The notes under the pieces: generated by a model
What the model was told of the DNA's origin: nothing
The model's input: the letters and a program-made list of their open reading frames with translations, nothing else
Database searches by the model: none
Origin: a phage
NCBI GenBank assembly: GCA_036930585.1
Contig: GCA_036930585.1_3066.1
Strand: one strand, 5' to 3'
Length of the DNA: 64,000 bases
Translations under genes and position numbers: made by a program
Shown: one piece after another, positions 11,066-22,713 of the stretch
How positions within the stretch are numbered: position 1 is the stretch's first letter
Layout of the letters: each line of letters starts with the position of its first letter

Positions 11066-11983
11066 TCAAAATTCATTAATGCTATTAGTTAATTTAGAAA
11101 GACCCGCTTTTACAAAATATGAATAAATTTTGCCACGCGGTGGTAATTTATATGAATTATAGTAATTCACAATGTTTGAAGCAATATTATCAGGAATATA
11201 ATCAAAATCAATTAGAACTAAATTTTCTTTGTATCGATTATATTCAGATTCGGTGAGAAGCACCTTAGCTTGCTCACGGTCATTAGCAATAGCTTCAACG
11301 ATTGAAGTTTTCATTGAAGGGGTTCGTTCACCTTCAACTTTGGTAAACCAAAAGTCAGAACGTACTTTAACTGAAGCAACGTTATCCTTTTTGTCACCCT
11401 TAAGAATTTTAGTCATACAATCAATTTCAGCAGAACCGCTTTTAATTTTAACCCATTTCTTATGCATCGGTGACCATTGCTTAACATTTGGATATTTGTG
11501 AAGCTGTGTAAAGTCACCATCCGACGAAATGATTAAAATCTTGTGTCCTTCTAAAGAGAACTTTTTAACAAGAACAGCAATATGGTCATCTGCTTCATAC
11601 TTATCAATATCCATAACAATGTATGGCATATAAGCTTTCAATTCATCTATAACTTTATGACTGGATTCAAAATAACCTTCCCAGTCCCAAGTAGATTCTT
11701 CTCGTGCTTTTCCACGGTTTTTCTTATAATAATAAGCGAAATCACGACGCCAGTATCCAGATTTCGCGTTATCAATACACAGTACAATTTTAGTGTATCC
11801 AAGCGTTTTTGCTTTTTTGACATTAAACTTAATTGAGTTCAATATCAAATGACGAACCATTGATAAATTAATTTTTTCTTTATCTGGGAAGTTTACCAGA
11901 GCAGTTGAAAGAGCAATTTGACTAAAGTCAATAAAGCAAATTCCTTCTTTGTAATCTTCATCCAGCATCATTTCTAAATCCAT
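11066..11983 (-). CDS. rnh: RNase H (5'-3' exonuclease, FEN-1 family)
   Basis: 305-aa product from ATG 11983 (MDLEMMLDEDYKEG...). Confidence 0.9.
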   Translation of the reverse strand: MDLEMMLDEDYKEGICFIDFSQIALSTALVNFPDKEKINLSMVRHLILNSIKFNVKKAKTLGYTKIVLCIDNAKSGYWRRDFAYYYKKNRGKAREESTWDWEGYFESSHKVIDELKAYMPYIVMDIDKYEADDHIAVLVKKFSLEGHKILIISSDGDFTQLHKYPNVKQWSPMHKKWVKIKSGSAEIDCMTKILKGDKKDNVASVKVRSDFWFTKVEGERTPSMKTSIVEAIANDREQAKVLLTESEYNRYKENLVLIDFDYIPDNIASNIVNYYNSYKLPPRGKIYSYFVKAGLSKLTNSINEF

Positions 11984-12012
11984 ATGAACCTCGTTCAATT
12001 AGTGAGATTTCT

Positions 12013-12042
12013 ATTATATACCATCCAAATCTTAAAGTAAAC
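12013..12042 (-). promoter_or_regulatory. Early promoter for rnh (GTTTAC -35, TATAAT-like -10)
   Basis: Minus strand GTTTACTTTAAGATTTGGATGGTATATAAT. Confidence 0.55.
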
Positions 12043-12045
12043 AAG

Positions 12046-12053
12046 TATAAATA
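12046..12053 (+). promoter_or_regulatory. Late promoter TATAAATA for gene 34
   Basis: TATAAATA about 35 nt upstream of gp34 ATG, followed by AGGAG SD. Confidence 0.7.
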
Positions 12054-12087
12054 CTTATTATTGAAAACACAATAGGAGCCCGGGAGA

Positions 12088-15000
12088 ATGGCCGAGATTA
12101 AAAGAAAGTTCAGAGCAGAAGACGGTCTGGACGCAGGTGGCAATAAAATAATCAACGTAGCTTTAGCTGATCGTACCGTAGGAACTGACGGTGTTAACGT
12201 TGATTACTTAATTCAAGAAAACACAGTTCAGCAATATGATCCAACTCGTGGATATTTAAAAGATTTTGTAATCATTTATAATAATCGTTTTTGGGCAGCA
12301 ACGAATAATATTCCAAAACCTGCTGGAAATTTTAATAGAATTCGTTGGAAAGCATTACGTACTGATGCCGTATATACAACCGTATCATCTGGACCATATC
12401 AATTAAAATCCGGAGAAGCAATTTCAGTAGATACATCAGTTGGCAATGACATTGAGTTTACTTTACCACCTTCTCCGCTTGATGGAGAAACCGTAATAAT
12501 TCAAGATATCGGTGGAAAACCTGGCATAAATCAGGTTAAAATAAATTCTTCAAATCAGAGTATTGTCAATTTTAGAGGTGAACAGGTACGTTCAGTTTTA
12601 ATGACTCATCCAAAGTCACAGATGGTATTCATTTTTAATAATCGTTTGTGGCAAATGTATATTGCTGATTATAGCAGAGAAGCTGCGATTGTTACTCCAT
12701 CGACTGCGTATCAAGCACAATCTAATGATTTTATCGTACGTAGATTTACTTCCGCTGCGCCGATTAATATTAAACTTCCGAGATTTGCTAATCACGGCGA
12801 TATTATTAATTTCGTCGATTTGGACAAATTAAATCCACTTTATCATACAATTGTCACGACATATGATGAAACAACTTCAGTGCAAGAAGTTGGAACTCAT
12901 TCCATTGAAGGCCGTACATCGATTGATGGTTTCTTGATGTATGATGATAATGAAAAATTGTGGAGATTGTTTGACGGGGATAGTAAAGCACGTTTACGTA
13001 TTATAACAACTAATTCAAATATTCGTCCAAATGAAGAAGTCATGGTATTTGGCGCGAATAATGGAACAACCCAAACAATTGAACTTCAGCTTCCAACTGA
13101 TGTTTCTGTTGGTGATACTGTTAAAATTTCCATGAATTACATGAGAAAAGGCCAAACAGTTAAAATCAAAGCTGCTGGTGAAGATAAAATTGCTTCTTCA
13201 GTTCAATTGCTGCAATTCCCAAAACGTTCAGAATATCCACCTGAAGCTGAATGGGTGACTGTTCAAGAATTAGTTTTTAACGGCAAAACTAATTATGTTC
13301 CAGTTTTGGAGCTTGCTTATATAGAAGATTCTGATGGAAAATACTGGGTTGTACAGCAAAACGTTCCAACAGTTGAAAGAGTTGATTCTTTAAATGATTC
13401 TACTAGAGCAAGATTAGGCGTAATAGCTTTAGCTACACAAGCTCAAGCAAATGCTGATTTAGAAAATTCTCCGCAAAAAGAATTAGCAATTACTCCAGAA
13501 ACATTAGCTAACCGTACTGCTACAGAAACTCGTAGAGGTATCGCAAGAATAGCAACTACTGCCCAAGTGAACCAGGATACTACATTCTCTTTTGCTGATG
13601 ATATTATCGTCACTCCTAAAAAGCTGAATGAAAGAACTGCCACAGAAACTCGTAGAGGCGTTGCTGAAATTGCGACGCAGCAAGAAACTAACGCAGGTAC
13701 TGATGATACTACAATCATCACTCCTAAAAAGCTTCAAGCTCGTCAAGGTTCTGAATCATTATCTGGTATTGTAACCTTTGTATCTACTGCAGGAGCTACT
13801 CCAGCTTCTAGTCGTGAATTAAATGGTACAAACGTTTATAATAAAAACACTAATAATTTAGTTGTTTCGCCTAAAGCTCTGGATCAGTATAAAGCTACTC
13901 CAACCCAACAAGGCGCAGTAATTTTAGCAGTTGAAAGTGAAGTAATTGCTGGACAAAGCCAAGAAGGATGGGCAAATGCGGTTGTAACGCCAGAAACGTT
14001 ACATAAAAAGACATCAACTGATGCAAGAATTGGTTTAATTGAAATTGCTACGCAAAGTGAAGTTAATACAGGAACTGATTATACTCGTGCAGTCACTCCT
14101 AAAACTTTAAATGACCGTAAAGCAACTGAAAGTTTAAGTGGTATAGCTGAAATTGCTACGCAAGTTGAATTCGACGCAGGCGTCGACGATACTCGTATCT
14201 CTACACCATTAAAAATTAAAACCAGATTTAACAGTACTGATCGTACTTCTGTTGTTGCTCTATCTGGATTAGTTGAATCAGGAACTCTCTGGGACCATTA
14301 TACCCTCAATATTCTTGAAGCAAATGAGACACAGCGTGGTACACTTCGTGTAGCTACACAAGTTGAAGCTGCTGCAGGAACATTGGATAATGTTCTAATA
14401 ACTCCTAAAAAGCTTTTAGGTACTAAATCTACTGAAGCACAGGAAGGTGTCATTAAAGTTGCAACTCAGTCTGAAACTGTAACTGGAACGTCAGCAAATA
14501 CTGCTGTATCTCCAAAAAATTTAAAATGGATTGTGCAGAGTGAACCTACTTGGGCAGCTACTACTCTGGTAAGAGGTTTTGTTAAAACTTCATCTGGTTC
14601 AATTACATTTGTCGGTAATGATACAGTCGGTTCTACCCAAGATTTAGAACTGTATGAGAAAAATAGCTATGCAGTATCACCATATGAATTAAATCGCGTA
14701 TTAGCAAATTATTTGCCATTAAAAGCAAAAGCTGTAGATAGTAATTTACTGGATGGTCTAGATTCATCTCAGTTCATTCGTAGGGATATTGCACAAACGG
14801 TTAATGGTTCACTAACCTTAACCCAACAAACGAATCTGAGTGCCCCTCTTGTATCATCTAGTACTGCTACGTTTGGTGGATCAGTTTCAGCAAATAGTAC
14901 ACTAACCATTTCTAATACTGATGGAACAGCAACTCGTCTGATTTTTGAGAAAGGACCTCAAACTGGAACAAACCCAGCTCAAACGATGACAGTCAGAGTG

Positions 15001-15960
15001 TGGGGAAATCAATTTAGCGGGGAATCAGACACAACACGTTCTACCGTATTTGAAGTTAGTGATGAAACGTCTAGTCATTTTTATTCTCAGCGTAATAAAG
15101 CTGGAAATATAACATTTAATATCAACGGTACAGTAACACCGATAAATGTTAATGCTTCAGGAACATTGAATGCAAATGGTGTAGCAACATTTGGTAGTTC
15201 AGTTACAGCCAATGGTGAATTCATTAGCAAGTCTGCAAATGCTTTCAGAGCAATAAACGGTGATTATGGATTCTTTATCAGGAATGATGGCGGCAGCACA
15301 TATTTTATGCTTACTGCATCGGGTGATCAGACTGGCGGATTTAATGGATTACGTCCTTTAGCTATTAATAATGCATCTGGTCAAGTAACTATTGGTGAAA
15401 GCTTAATCATTGCCAAAGGTGCTACTATAAATTCAGGTGGTTTAACTGTTAACTCGAGAATTCGTTCTCAGGGCACTAAAACCTCTGATTTATATACCCG
15501 TGCGCCAACATCTGATACAGTAGGATTCTGGTCAATCGATATTAATGATTCAGCCACTTATAACCAGTTCCCGGGTTATTTTAAAATGGTTGAAAAAACT
15601 AATGAAGTGACTGGACTTCCATACTTAGAACGTGGTGAAGAAGTTAAATCTCCTGGTACATTGACTCAGTTTGGTAACACACTTGATTCACTTTACCAAG
15701 ATTGGATTACTTATCCAACGACCCCAGAAGCACGTACCACTCGCTGGACACGTACATGGCAGAAAACCAAAAACTCTTGGTCAAGTTTTGTTCAGGTATT
15801 TGACGGAGGTAACCCTCCTCAACCTTCAGATATAGGAGCGATCCCATCTGATAATGGAATAATAGGTAATCTTACTATTCGCGATTTCTTGCGAATTGGT
15901 AATGTTCGCATTGTTCCTGACCCAGTGAATAAAACGGTTAAATTTGAATGGGTTGAATAA
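12088..15960 (+). CDS. 34: Long tail fiber proximal subunit gp34
   Basis: 1290-aa ORF MAEIKRKFRAEDGLDAGGNKIINVALADRTVGTDGVN...; internal repeats. Confidence 0.95.
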   Translation: MAEIKRKFRAEDGLDAGGNKIINVALADRTVGTDGVNVDYLIQENTVQQYDPTRGYLKDFVIIYNNRFWAATNNIPKPAGNFNRIRWKALRTDAVYTTVSSGPYQLKSGEAISVDTSVGNDIEFTLPPSPLDGETVIIQDIGGKPGINQVKINSSNQSIVNFRGEQVRSVLMTHPKSQMVFIFNNRLWQMYIADYSREAAIVTPSTAYQAQSNDFIVRRFTSAAPINIKLPRFANHGDIINFVDLDKLNPLYHTIVTTYDETTSVQEVGTHSIEGRTSIDGFLMYDDNEKLWRLFDGDSKARLRIITTNSNIRPNEEVMVFGANNGTTQTIELQLPTDVSVGDTVKISMNYMRKGQTVKIKAAGEDKIASSVQLLQFPKRSEYPPEAEWVTVQELVFNGKTNYVPVLELAYIEDSDGKYWVVQQNVPTVERVDSLNDSTRARLGVIALATQAQANADLENSPQKELAITPETLANRTATETRRGIARIATTAQVNQDTTFSFADDIIVTPKKLNERTATETRRGVAEIATQQETNAGTDDTTIITPKKLQARQGSESLSGIVTFVSTAGATPASSRELNGTNVYNKNTNNLVVSPKALDQYKATPTQQGAVILAVESEVIAGQSQEGWANAVVTPETLHKKTSTDARIGLIEIATQSEVNTGTDYTRAVTPKTLNDRKATESLSGIAEIATQVEFDAGVDDTRISTPLKIKTRFNSTDRTSVVALSGLVESGTLWDHYTLNILEANETQRGTLRVATQVEAAAGTLDNVLITPKKLLGTKSTEAQEGVIKVATQSETVTGTSANTAVSPKNLKWIVQSEPTWAATTLVRGFVKTSSGSITFVGNDTVGSTQDLELYEKNSYAVSPYELNRVLANYLPLKAKAVDSNLLDGLDSSQFIRRDIAQTVNGSLTLTQQTNLSAPLVSSSTATFGGSVSANSTLTISNTDGTATRLIFEKGPQTGTNPAQTMTVRVWGNQFSGESDTTRSTVFEVSDETSSHFYSQRNKAGNITFNINGTVTPINVNASGTLNANGVATFGSSVTANGEFISKSANAFRAINGDYGFFIRNDGGSTYFMLTASGDQTGGFNGLRPLAINNASGQVTIGESLIIAKGATINSGGLTVNSRIRSQGTKTSDLYTRAPTSDTVGFWSIDINDSATYNQFPGYFKMVEKTNEVTGLPYLERGEEVKSPGTLTQFGNTLDSLYQDWITYPTTPEARTTRWTRTWQKTKNSWSSFVQVFDGGNPPQPSDIGAIPSDNGIIGNLTIRDFLRIGNVRIVPDPVNKTVKFEWVE

Positions 15961-15968
15961 GAGGTATT

Positions 15969-17087
15969 ATGGAAAAATTTATGGCAAAGTTTGGACAAGG
16001 ATATGTCCAAACGCCATTTTTATCGGAAAGCAATTCAGTAAGATATAAAATAAGCATAGCGGGCTCTTGCCCGCTTTCTACTGCAGAAGGACCATATGTT
16101 AAATTTCAGGATAATCCTGTTGGAAGTCAAACATTTAGCGCAGGCCTTCATTTAAGAGTTTTTGACCCTTCTACGGGAGCATTAGTTGATAGTAAGTCAT
16201 ATGCTTTTTCTGCTTCAAACAATACAACATCTGCCGCTTTTGTCAGTTTCATGAATTCTTTGTCAAACAATAGACTTGTTGCTATATTAACTAGCGGAAA
16301 GGTTAATTTTCCTCCTGAAGTGGTATCTTGGTTAAGGGGAGCAGGAACTTCAGTTTTTCCATCAGATTCAGTATTGTCAAGATTTGACGTGTCATATGCT
16401 GCTTTTTATACTTCTTCTAAAAGAGCTATTGCATTAGAGCATGTTAAACTAAGTAATAGAAAAAGCACAGATGATTATCAAACTATTTTAGATGTTGTAT
16501 TTGATAGTTTAGAAGACGTCGGAGCTACCGGGTTTCCAAGAAGAACGTATGAAAGCGTTGAGCAATTTATGTCAGCGGTTGGTGGAACTAATAACGAAAT
16601 TGCACGTCTACCAACTTCATCCGCGATAAGTAAATTATCTGATTATAATTTAATTCCTGGTGATGTTCTTTATCTTAAAGCACAACTATATGCTGATGCT
16701 GATTTACTTGATCTTGGAACTACAAATATATCTATTCGTTTTTATGATGCATCAAATGGATATATTTCTTCGACCCAAGCTGAGTTTACTGGGCAAGCTG
16801 GGTCTTGGGAATTAAAAGAAGACTATGTAGTTGTTCCAGAAAACGCCGTAGGATTTACGATATATGCACAAAGAACTGCTCAAGCAGGTCAAGGCGGCAT
16901 GAGAAATTTAAGTTTTTCTGAAGTATCAAGAAATGGCGGCATTTCAAAACCTGCCGAATTTGGCGTCAACGGTATTCGCGTTAATTATGTCTGTGAATCG
17001 GCTTCACCTCCAGATATAATGGTACTTCCTACACAAGCCTCTTCTAAAACTGGCAAAGTGTTTGGACAGGAATTTAGAGAAGTTTAA
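15969..17087 (+). CDS. 35: Long tail fiber hinge connector gp35
   Basis: 372-aa ORF directly downstream of 34. Confidence 0.9.
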   Translation: MEKFMAKFGQGYVQTPFLSESNSVRYKISIAGSCPLSTAEGPYVKFQDNPVGSQTFSAGLHLRVFDPSTGALVDSKSYAFSASNNTTSAAFVSFMNSLSNNRLVAILTSGKVNFPPEVVSWLRGAGTSVFPSDSVLSRFDVSYAAFYTSSKRAIALEHVKLSNRKSTDDYQTILDVVFDSLEDVGATGFPRRTYESVEQFMSAVGGTNNEIARLPTSSAISKLSDYNLIPGDVLYLKAQLYADADLLDLGTTNISIRFYDASNGYISSTQAEFTGQAGSWELKEDYVVVPENAVGFTIYAQRTAQAGQGGMRNLSFSEVSRNGGISKPAEFGVNGIRVNYVCESASPPDIMVLPTQASSKTGKVFGQEFREV

Positions 17088-17092
17088 ACTGA

Positions 17093-17119
17093 GGGAGCCT
17101 TCGGGTTCCCTTTTTCTTT
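17093..17119 (+). terminator. Stem-loop (UUCG loop) plus U-run downstream of gene 35
   Basis: GGGAGCC-UUCG-GGUUCCC then UUUUUCUUU. Confidence 0.55.
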
Positions 17120-17126
17120 ATAAATA
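17119..17126 (+). promoter_or_regulatory. Late promoter TATAAATA for gene 36
   Basis: TATAAATA 24 nt upstream of gp36 ATG. Confidence 0.7.
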
Positions 17127-17149
17127 ATATTAAAATAAAGGGGCATATA

Positions 17150-17800
17150 ATGGCTGATTTAAAAGTAGGTTCAACTGTGGGTGGATCTGTCATTTGGCAT
17201 CAAGGAAATTTTCCATTGAATTCAGCCGGTGACGATGTACTCTACAAATCATTTAAAATATATTCAGAATATAATAAACCGCAGGCAGCTGATAACGATT
17301 TCGTTTCTAAAGCTAATGGTGGTACTTACGCCGGTCCAATTACTATTAATTACGGGGTAAATAGTTATCTTCAATTAAGTAATAATGAAACCCCTATCCG
17401 AATTCGTTCTGATGGCGGCACTGGTAATACTCTTGTAGTTGGTGGCTCTTCTGGCGGTATTAGTTTTAGACCAGCAGGTAGTGAAATCACTACTGGACAA
17501 ATTACTATTACGCCAGAAGGTTTGACAACATTTACCAAAGCTGTAACGGCTCCATCTGTAACTGTTACATCTACTCCTTCCGCAGCATCTGATGTTACTC
17601 GCAAAGATTATGTTGATGGAGCAATAAATACTGTTACAGCAAATGCAAACTCTAGGGTATTACGCTCTGGAGACACTATGACAGGAAATTTAACTGCGCC
17701 AAACCTTTTTTCACAGAATCCTGCATCTCAACCTTCACACGTTCCACGATTTGACCAAATCGTAATGAAGGATTCTGTTCAAGATTTCGGCTATTATTAA
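17150..17800 (+). CDS. 36: Long tail fiber distal connector gp36
   Basis: 216-aa [32 protein letters not shown]... Confidence 0.9.
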   Translation: MADLKVGSTVGGSVIWHQGNFPLNSAGDDVLYKSFKIYSEYNKPQAADNDFVSKANGGTYAGPITINYGVNSYLQLSNNETPIRIRSDGGTGNTLVVGGSSGGISFRPAGSEITTGQITITPEGLTTFTKAVTAPSVTVTSTPSAASDVTRKDYVDGAINTVTANANSRVLRSGDTMTGNLTAPNLFSQNPASQPSHVPRFDQIVMKDSVQDFGYY

Positions 17801-17808
17801 GAGGACTT

Positions 17809-20754
17809 ATGGCTACTTTAAAACAAATACAATTTAAAAGAAGCAAAACTGCAGGTCAACGTCCTGCTGCTTCAGTATTAGCCGAAGGTGAATTGGCTAT
17901 AAACTTAAAAGATAAAACAATTTTCACAAAAGATGACTCAGGTAGTGTTATAGAATTAGGTTTAAAATATGGAGGAACTATAAATGGGTCTTTAGAGGTT
18001 ACAGAAAATATAACTGGAACTTTAATTGGAAATTCTAGCACAGCTACTAAATTGCAAACACCTAGGAAAATTAATGGTATATCTTTTGATGGGTCAAAGG
18101 ACATTACCTTAACTCCATCTGACATAAATGTCAATAGCACAACATTTATAAAAAATAATGGCGAATTACCTACTGATGCTAATTTAGATACGTATGGGCC
18201 CATTGAAGAATATCTTGGTGTTTGGTCGAAATCTACTTCAACAAATGCGCAACCAGCAAATAAATTCCCAGAAGAAAATGCCGTAGGTGTACTAGAAGTA
18301 TTTGTGGCCGGCCAATTTGCTGGCACTCAGCGTTATACTGTAAGATCTGGTAACGTCTATATTCGTTCCTTATCTGCTAAATGGAATGGCGTCGATGGTC
18401 CATGGGGTGTGTGGCGTAATGTTCAAGCGTCAACTCGTCCACTTTCACAAACGATTGACCTTGATAGCTTGGGAGAATTAGAACATTGTGGCTTATGGCG
18501 AAACAGTTCAAGCGCAATCGCATCATTTGATCGCCATTATCCAGAAGAAGGATCAGCCGCACAAGGATTTTTAGAAATATTTGAAGGTGGAAACTATTCT
18601 CGCACACAGAGATATACGACCAGATTTGGTGTTGTTTATACTCGTTGTCTCGCTGCTGCATGGGATGCTAGTGCACCTAAGTGGGAGGAATGGAAGCAGG
18701 TTGGTCATGGCACACCAGCGACTTTCTATGATGGAGATCTGAATGATTTTAAAACTCCCGGGTTATATAATATTTTAGGCACTGATGCCGTTATTAACTG
18801 TCCTACCGGTGAAGGTTTGCCGACTGTTATTGTTGGTTTGCTGGAAGTTAAACAGCGTGCTTCTGGTGGTGCTATTTTCCAAAAATTTACTACTGCCGGA
18901 ACAGGCGCAACTACTCGCGGACGTATTTTTGAGCGTGCATATACTGATGGTGCGTGGGGTGCATGGAACGAAGTATATACATCTTATTCTCTTCCAATTA
19001 CTTTGGGTATGGGTGGTATTAAAGCTCAATTAGCGGAGTTAGATTGGCAAACCTTTGATTTTGTTCCTGGTAGTATGTTTAGCGTTCCTTTGAACAAAAT
19101 AAAGAACATGCCAGCAAATATGGATTGGGGGACGATTGACGGAAACCTGGTTATGTTTTCCGTTGGTCCTAGTGAACACACTAGCACAGGGCGTACTGTT
19201 CAGGTTTGGCGCGGTACTGTATCCCAGACAAACTACCGTTATTTTGTCGTTCGTGTGTTCGGTAATTCTGGAAATAGAACTTGCACAGTCCGCCGTGTTG
19301 TTCTTGAAGACGGATCACATACTTGGACTGCTCAACAAAACTTTAGGGGATTGCTTAATATCACTGCTGCTGTTAATCTTGGTGCTAATCAGAAAATTTC
19401 ACTTGCTCCAGGAGCATATATTCAAGCCCCTGCTAGCGGTTCTGGTTCTAATACTTACGCAAATCAGAATACTACCATTGCGCCATTATATCAGGCTATT
19501 GACGATTCAAATAAAAACCAGTTTGCGCCAATTGTTAAACAGAAAAATACTGTAAGTAATATCACCTTTGCCACTGGTATGGCTATAGATACATCCGAAT
19601 ATAAGATCATTGCTCAGGGTGATTTATCCGCTGATGGAACAGCAGATGGGTTAAAACAGTGGACTTTCATGCCGTCAGGTTATTTTAAATCTCCAGGGCG
19701 TGTATATGTCGGTGATGCGTTCCTTAATACAGATGGTAATATTGCCGGTTCAATCTGGAAGAAATATAACAATGCGACAAATTTAGATGCTGCCTTGAAT
19801 ACTCGCGTAGGTAAAGGCGGTGATACGATGACAGGTCGGTTAACAATCAATGCACCTAATGATTCTATTGTATTATCAACGACTGCTAGTAATTCTTTGC
19901 ATATTCGTGGTGACATAGACGGGACTGGTAACTGGTATATTGGTAAAGGTGGTGCTGATAATGGATTAGCGTTCTATAGTTATGCTACTAATGCTGGTGT
20001 ATACATTACAAACGCAGGAGATATCTCGCTAAGTCCAAAGGGTGCCGAAACGGCTCAGGTCAATAACGTTCGATTATATATTCATGGTGAACGTTGGACC
20101 GCTAGTCAACCAGGTGATTGGGGCAACCAATGGCGAGTAGAAGCACCAATATTCGTTGATCATGGTTATGTTTCACAGGATTGTTATTATCCTATTCTTA
20201 AAGCAAGAAGCGTTATAGCCAATCAAGGATATAGCACCGCTGTTGACTTTGGTATGCGTCGTATTCCATCACAGTGGGGGCAAGCAATCATTCGTGTCGG
20301 ATCCACGGAGGCTTCTCCTGATGCTGGACACCCACAAGCTGTGTTTGAATTCCATCATGATGGATTCTTTTATACACCAGGAAATGGTAGCTTTAGCGAT
20401 GTGTATATTCGTTCTGACTCCCGTCTCAAGATTAATAAAGAAGAATTAGAATATGGAGCGGTCGAAAAAGTTTGCCGACTGAAAGTTTATATTTACGATA
20501 AAGTTAAGTCTATTAAAGACCGTAGTGTTATTAAACGTGAAGTTGGTATTATTGCTCAGGACCTTGAAAAGGAATTACCAGAAGCTGTATCTAAAGTTGA
20601 AGTTGATGGATCTGATGTTCTGACAATTTCTAACTCTGCTGTGAATGCTCTTTTAATTAAGGCTATTCAGGAAATGAGTGAAGAAATTAAAGAATTGAAA
20701 ACGCCTCTCTTTACTAAAATTGCTCGCAAAATTAGTAAATATTTTAAATTCTAA
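17809..20754 (+). CDS. 37: Long tail fiber distal subunit gp37, T2-like type with C-terminal intramolecular chaperone domain
   Basis: 981 aa; N-terminus [13 protein letters not shown]... conserved; diverges from T4 gp37 after ~50 aa; no His-box tip. Confidence 0.9.
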   Translation: MATLKQIQFKRSKTAGQRPAASVLAEGELAINLKDKTIFTKDDSGSVIELGLKYGGTINGSLEVTENITGTLIGNSSTATKLQTPRKINGISFDGSKDITLTPSDINVNSTTFIKNNGELPTDANLDTYGPIEEYLGVWSKSTSTNAQPANKFPEENAVGVLEVFVAGQFAGTQRYTVRSGNVYIRSLSAKWNGVDGPWGVWRNVQASTRPLSQTIDLDSLGELEHCGLWRNSSSAIASFDRHYPEEGSAAQGFLEIFEGGNYSRTQRYTTRFGVVYTRCLAAAWDASAPKWEEWKQVGHGTPATFYDGDLNDFKTPGLYNILGTDAVINCPTGEGLPTVIVGLLEVKQRASGGAIFQKFTTAGTGATTRGRIFERAYTDGAWGAWNEVYTSYSLPITLGMGGIKAQLAELDWQTFDFVPGSMFSVPLNKIKNMPANMDWGTIDGNLVMFSVGPSEHTSTGRTVQVWRGTVSQTNYRYFVVRVFGNSGNRTCTVRRVVLEDGSHTWTAQQNFRGLLNITAAVNLGANQKISLAPGAYIQAPASGSGSNTYANQNTTIAPLYQAIDDSNKNQFAPIVKQKNTVSNITFATGMAIDTSEYKIIAQGDLSADGTADGLKQWTFMPSGYFKSPGRVYVGDAFLNTDGNIAGSIWKKYNNATNLDAALNTRVGKGGDTMTGRLTINAPNDSIVLSTTASNSLHIRGDIDGTGNWYIGKGGADNGLAFYSYATNAGVYITNAGDISLSPKGAETAQVNNVRLYIHGERWTASQPGDWGNQWRVEAPIFVDHGYVSQDCYYPILKARSVIANQGYSTAVDFGMRRIPSQWGQAIIRVGSTEASPDAGHPQAVFEFHHDGFFYTPGNGSFSDVYIRSDSRLKINKEELEYGAVEKVCRLKVYIYDKVKSIKDRSVIKREVGIIAQDLEKELPEAVSKVEVDGSDVLTISNSAVNALLIKAIQEMSEEIKELKTPLFTKIARKISKYFKF

Positions 20755-20760
20755 CAACAA

Positions 20761-20775
20761 GGGGGAAATGCCCCC
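20761..20775 (+). terminator. Short GC hairpin between genes 37 and 38 (weak terminator/attenuator)
   Basis: GGGGG-AAAUG-CCCCC followed by UUU only. Confidence 0.3.
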
Positions 20776-20790
20776 TTTGGAGTATAAATT

Positions 20791-21591
20791 ATGGCAGTAG
20801 TTGGTGTTCCTGGTTGGATTGGAAGTTCAGCCGCAAATGAAACAGGACAGCGCTGGATGAGTCAAGCGGCTGGTCAATTAAGATTGGGTGTTCCTTGCTG
20901 GATGAGTCAATTTGCAGGTCGCTCACGAGAAATTATTCACACGCTTGGAGCAGACCATAACTTCAATGGTCAATGGTTCCGAGATAGATGTTTTGAGGCA
21001 GGTAGTGCACCTATAGTGTTTAATATTACCGGAAATTTGGTATCATATTCTAGAGACGTTCCTTTATTCTTCATGTATGGAGATACACCTAATGAATATG
21101 TTCAGTTGAATATTGGTGGCGGCGTCCATATGTGGGGTAGAGGTGGACAAGGTGGATGGACCCATTCCGGCGGAAATGGTAATGGTCAACAAGGTGGTCA
21201 TTGTATTCAAAATGACATCGGTGGACGATTAAGAATTAATAACGGTGGAGTAATTTGTGGTGGAGGTGGAGGTGGAGGTGGTATCGCTTATCGTCCTCAC
21301 TCTGGTGCAAATTGGCAAGATATTGGTGGTGGTGGAGGAAGACCATTTGGCCCAGGAGGAGGCGGAGGTTATTCCGGCGGCGCAGCTTCTTATGATGGCC
21401 CAGGAGGTGGTTACCAATACGGAAATGCTCACTCTGGCCAGGGTGGTGGTGCCGGAGGAAATGGACAAAATGCCTGGTCTGATGGTGGTAAAGTTCTAAA
21501 AGTTGGAGCTGGTGGCGCTGCCGGATATGCTGTTATAGGATCAGCTCCAACATGGCAAAATGTTGGAGTAATATATGGTCCAAGAGTATAA
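20791..21591 (+). CDS. 38: Receptor-recognising adhesin gp38 (T2-type, glycine-rich motifs)
   Basis: 266 aa; [44 protein letters not shown]... with poly-Gly blocks. Confidence 0.85.
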   Translation: MAVVGVPGWIGSSAANETGQRWMSQAAGQLRLGVPCWMSQFAGRSREIIHTLGADHNFNGQWFRDRCFEAGSAPIVFNITGNLVSYSRDVPLFFMYGDTPNEYVQLNIGGGVHMWGRGGQGGWTHSGGNGNGQQGGHCIQNDIGGRLRINNGGVICGGGGGGGGIAYRPHSGANWQDIGGGGGRPFGPGGGGGYSGGAASYDGPGGGYQYGNAHSGQGGGAGGNGQNAWSDGGKVLKVGAGGAAGYAVIGSAPTWQNVGVIYGPRV

Positions 21592-21622
21592 TTTTGAATA
21601 AATACCCCTAAAAGGAGGGTCT

Positions 21623-22279
21623 ATGGCAGCACCTAGAATATCATTTTCGCCCTCTGATATTCTATTTGGTGTTCTAGATCGCTTGTTCAAAGATAACGCT
21701 ACCGGGAAAGTTCTTGCTTCCCGGGTAGCTGTCGTAATTCTTTTATTTATGATGGCGATTGTTTGGTATAGGGGAGATAGTTTCTTTGAGTACTATAAGC
21801 AATCAAAGTATGAAACATACAGTGAAATTATTGAAAAGGAAAGAAATGCACGCTTTGAATCTGTCGCCCTGGAACAACTCCAGATAGTTCATATATCATC
21901 TGAGGCAGACTTTAGTGCGGTGTATTCTTTCCGCCCTAAAAACTTAAACTATTTTGTTGATATTATAGCATATGAAGGAAAATTACCTTCAACAATAAGC
22001 GAAAAATCACTTGGAGGATATCCTGTTGATAAAACTATGGATGAATATGCAGTTCATTTAAATGGACATCATTATTATTCCAACTCAAAATTTGCTTTTT
22101 TACCAACCAAAAAGCCTACTCCTGAAATAAATTACATGTACAGTTGTCCATATTTCAATTTGGATAATATCTATGCTGGAACAATAACCATGTACTGGTA
22201 TAGAAATGATCATATAAGTAATGACCGCCTTGAATCAATATGTGCTCAGGCGGCCAGAATATTAGGAAGGGCTAAATAA
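21623..22279 (+). CDS. t: Holin T
   Basis: 218-aa ORF with one N-terminal TM segment and large periplasmic domain; strong AAAGGAGG SD. Confidence 0.9.
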   Translation: MAAPRISFSPSDILFGVLDRLFKDNATGKVLASRVAVVILLFMMAIVWYRGDSFFEYYKQSKYETYSEIIEKERNARFESVALEQLQIVHISSEADFSAVYSFRPKNLNYFVDIIAYEGKLPSTISEKSLGGYPVDKTMDEYAVHLNGHHYYSNSKFAFLPTKKPTPEINYMYSCPYFNLDNIYAGTITMYWYRNDHISNDRLESICAQAARILGRAK

Positions 22280-22552
22280 TTATTTGTTTGTATACATCTC
22301 TAGATATCGATATACACCCTCAAAACCCTCGTTGAATTCGTCGATGAGGGTTTTCTTATCTTCTTGAGTTAATTCAGAAACAATTTTACGGAATGAATTC
22401 TGATTCAACTTTCTACCTTCATGCGTTACTCCAATCTCATTCAGAAATGCAATAAAATTAGCACGATTCTCAACAATATCTTCTCTGGAAAATTTAATCA
22501 AAATAGATGCAACAGTAATAATTTCACGAACTGTATCAATGTTTTTATTCAT
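22280..22552 (-). CDS. asiA: Anti-sigma70 factor AsiA
   Basis: 90-aa ORF MNKNIDTVREIITVASILIKFSREDIVENRANFIAFLNEIGVTHEGRKL... Confidence 0.9.
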   Translation of the reverse strand: MNKNIDTVREIITVASILIKFSREDIVENRANFIAFLNEIGVTHEGRKLNQNSFRKIVSELTQEDKKTLIDEFNEGFEGVYRYLEMYTNK

Positions 22553-22713
22553 TAACTATACCACTCAATTAGTTGACTTTGTTATAATATCATCAGACGC
22601 TTGATTTGTAAACTGGTCTGTGTTATTTTCTTCAAAAATTTTTTCTACGAATTCCTTGAACGACTTACGTTCCTGAGCTACATTATGCTCGATTACTTTT
22701 TCAAGATTATGAC

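Noticed and set aside
13443-13746. Minus-strand ORFs (92 and 80 aa) inside gene 34, and similar antisense ORFs inside 37, 38, 39, 43, rIIA and others
   Set aside because: They are fully embedded antisense to long conserved genes, lack RBS and show biased low-complexity composition; treated as spurious
21229-21499. Glycine-rich low-complexity stretch and overlapping ORFs within gene 38
   Set aside because: This is the glycine-rich motif region of the adhesin, not a separate gene or simple-repeat element
22323-22354. Hairpin AAAACCCTC...GAGGGTTTT inside the 3' end of asiA as a terminator for gene t
   Set aside because: Large 14-nt loop, located within coding sequence and without a clear U-tract; too weak to call
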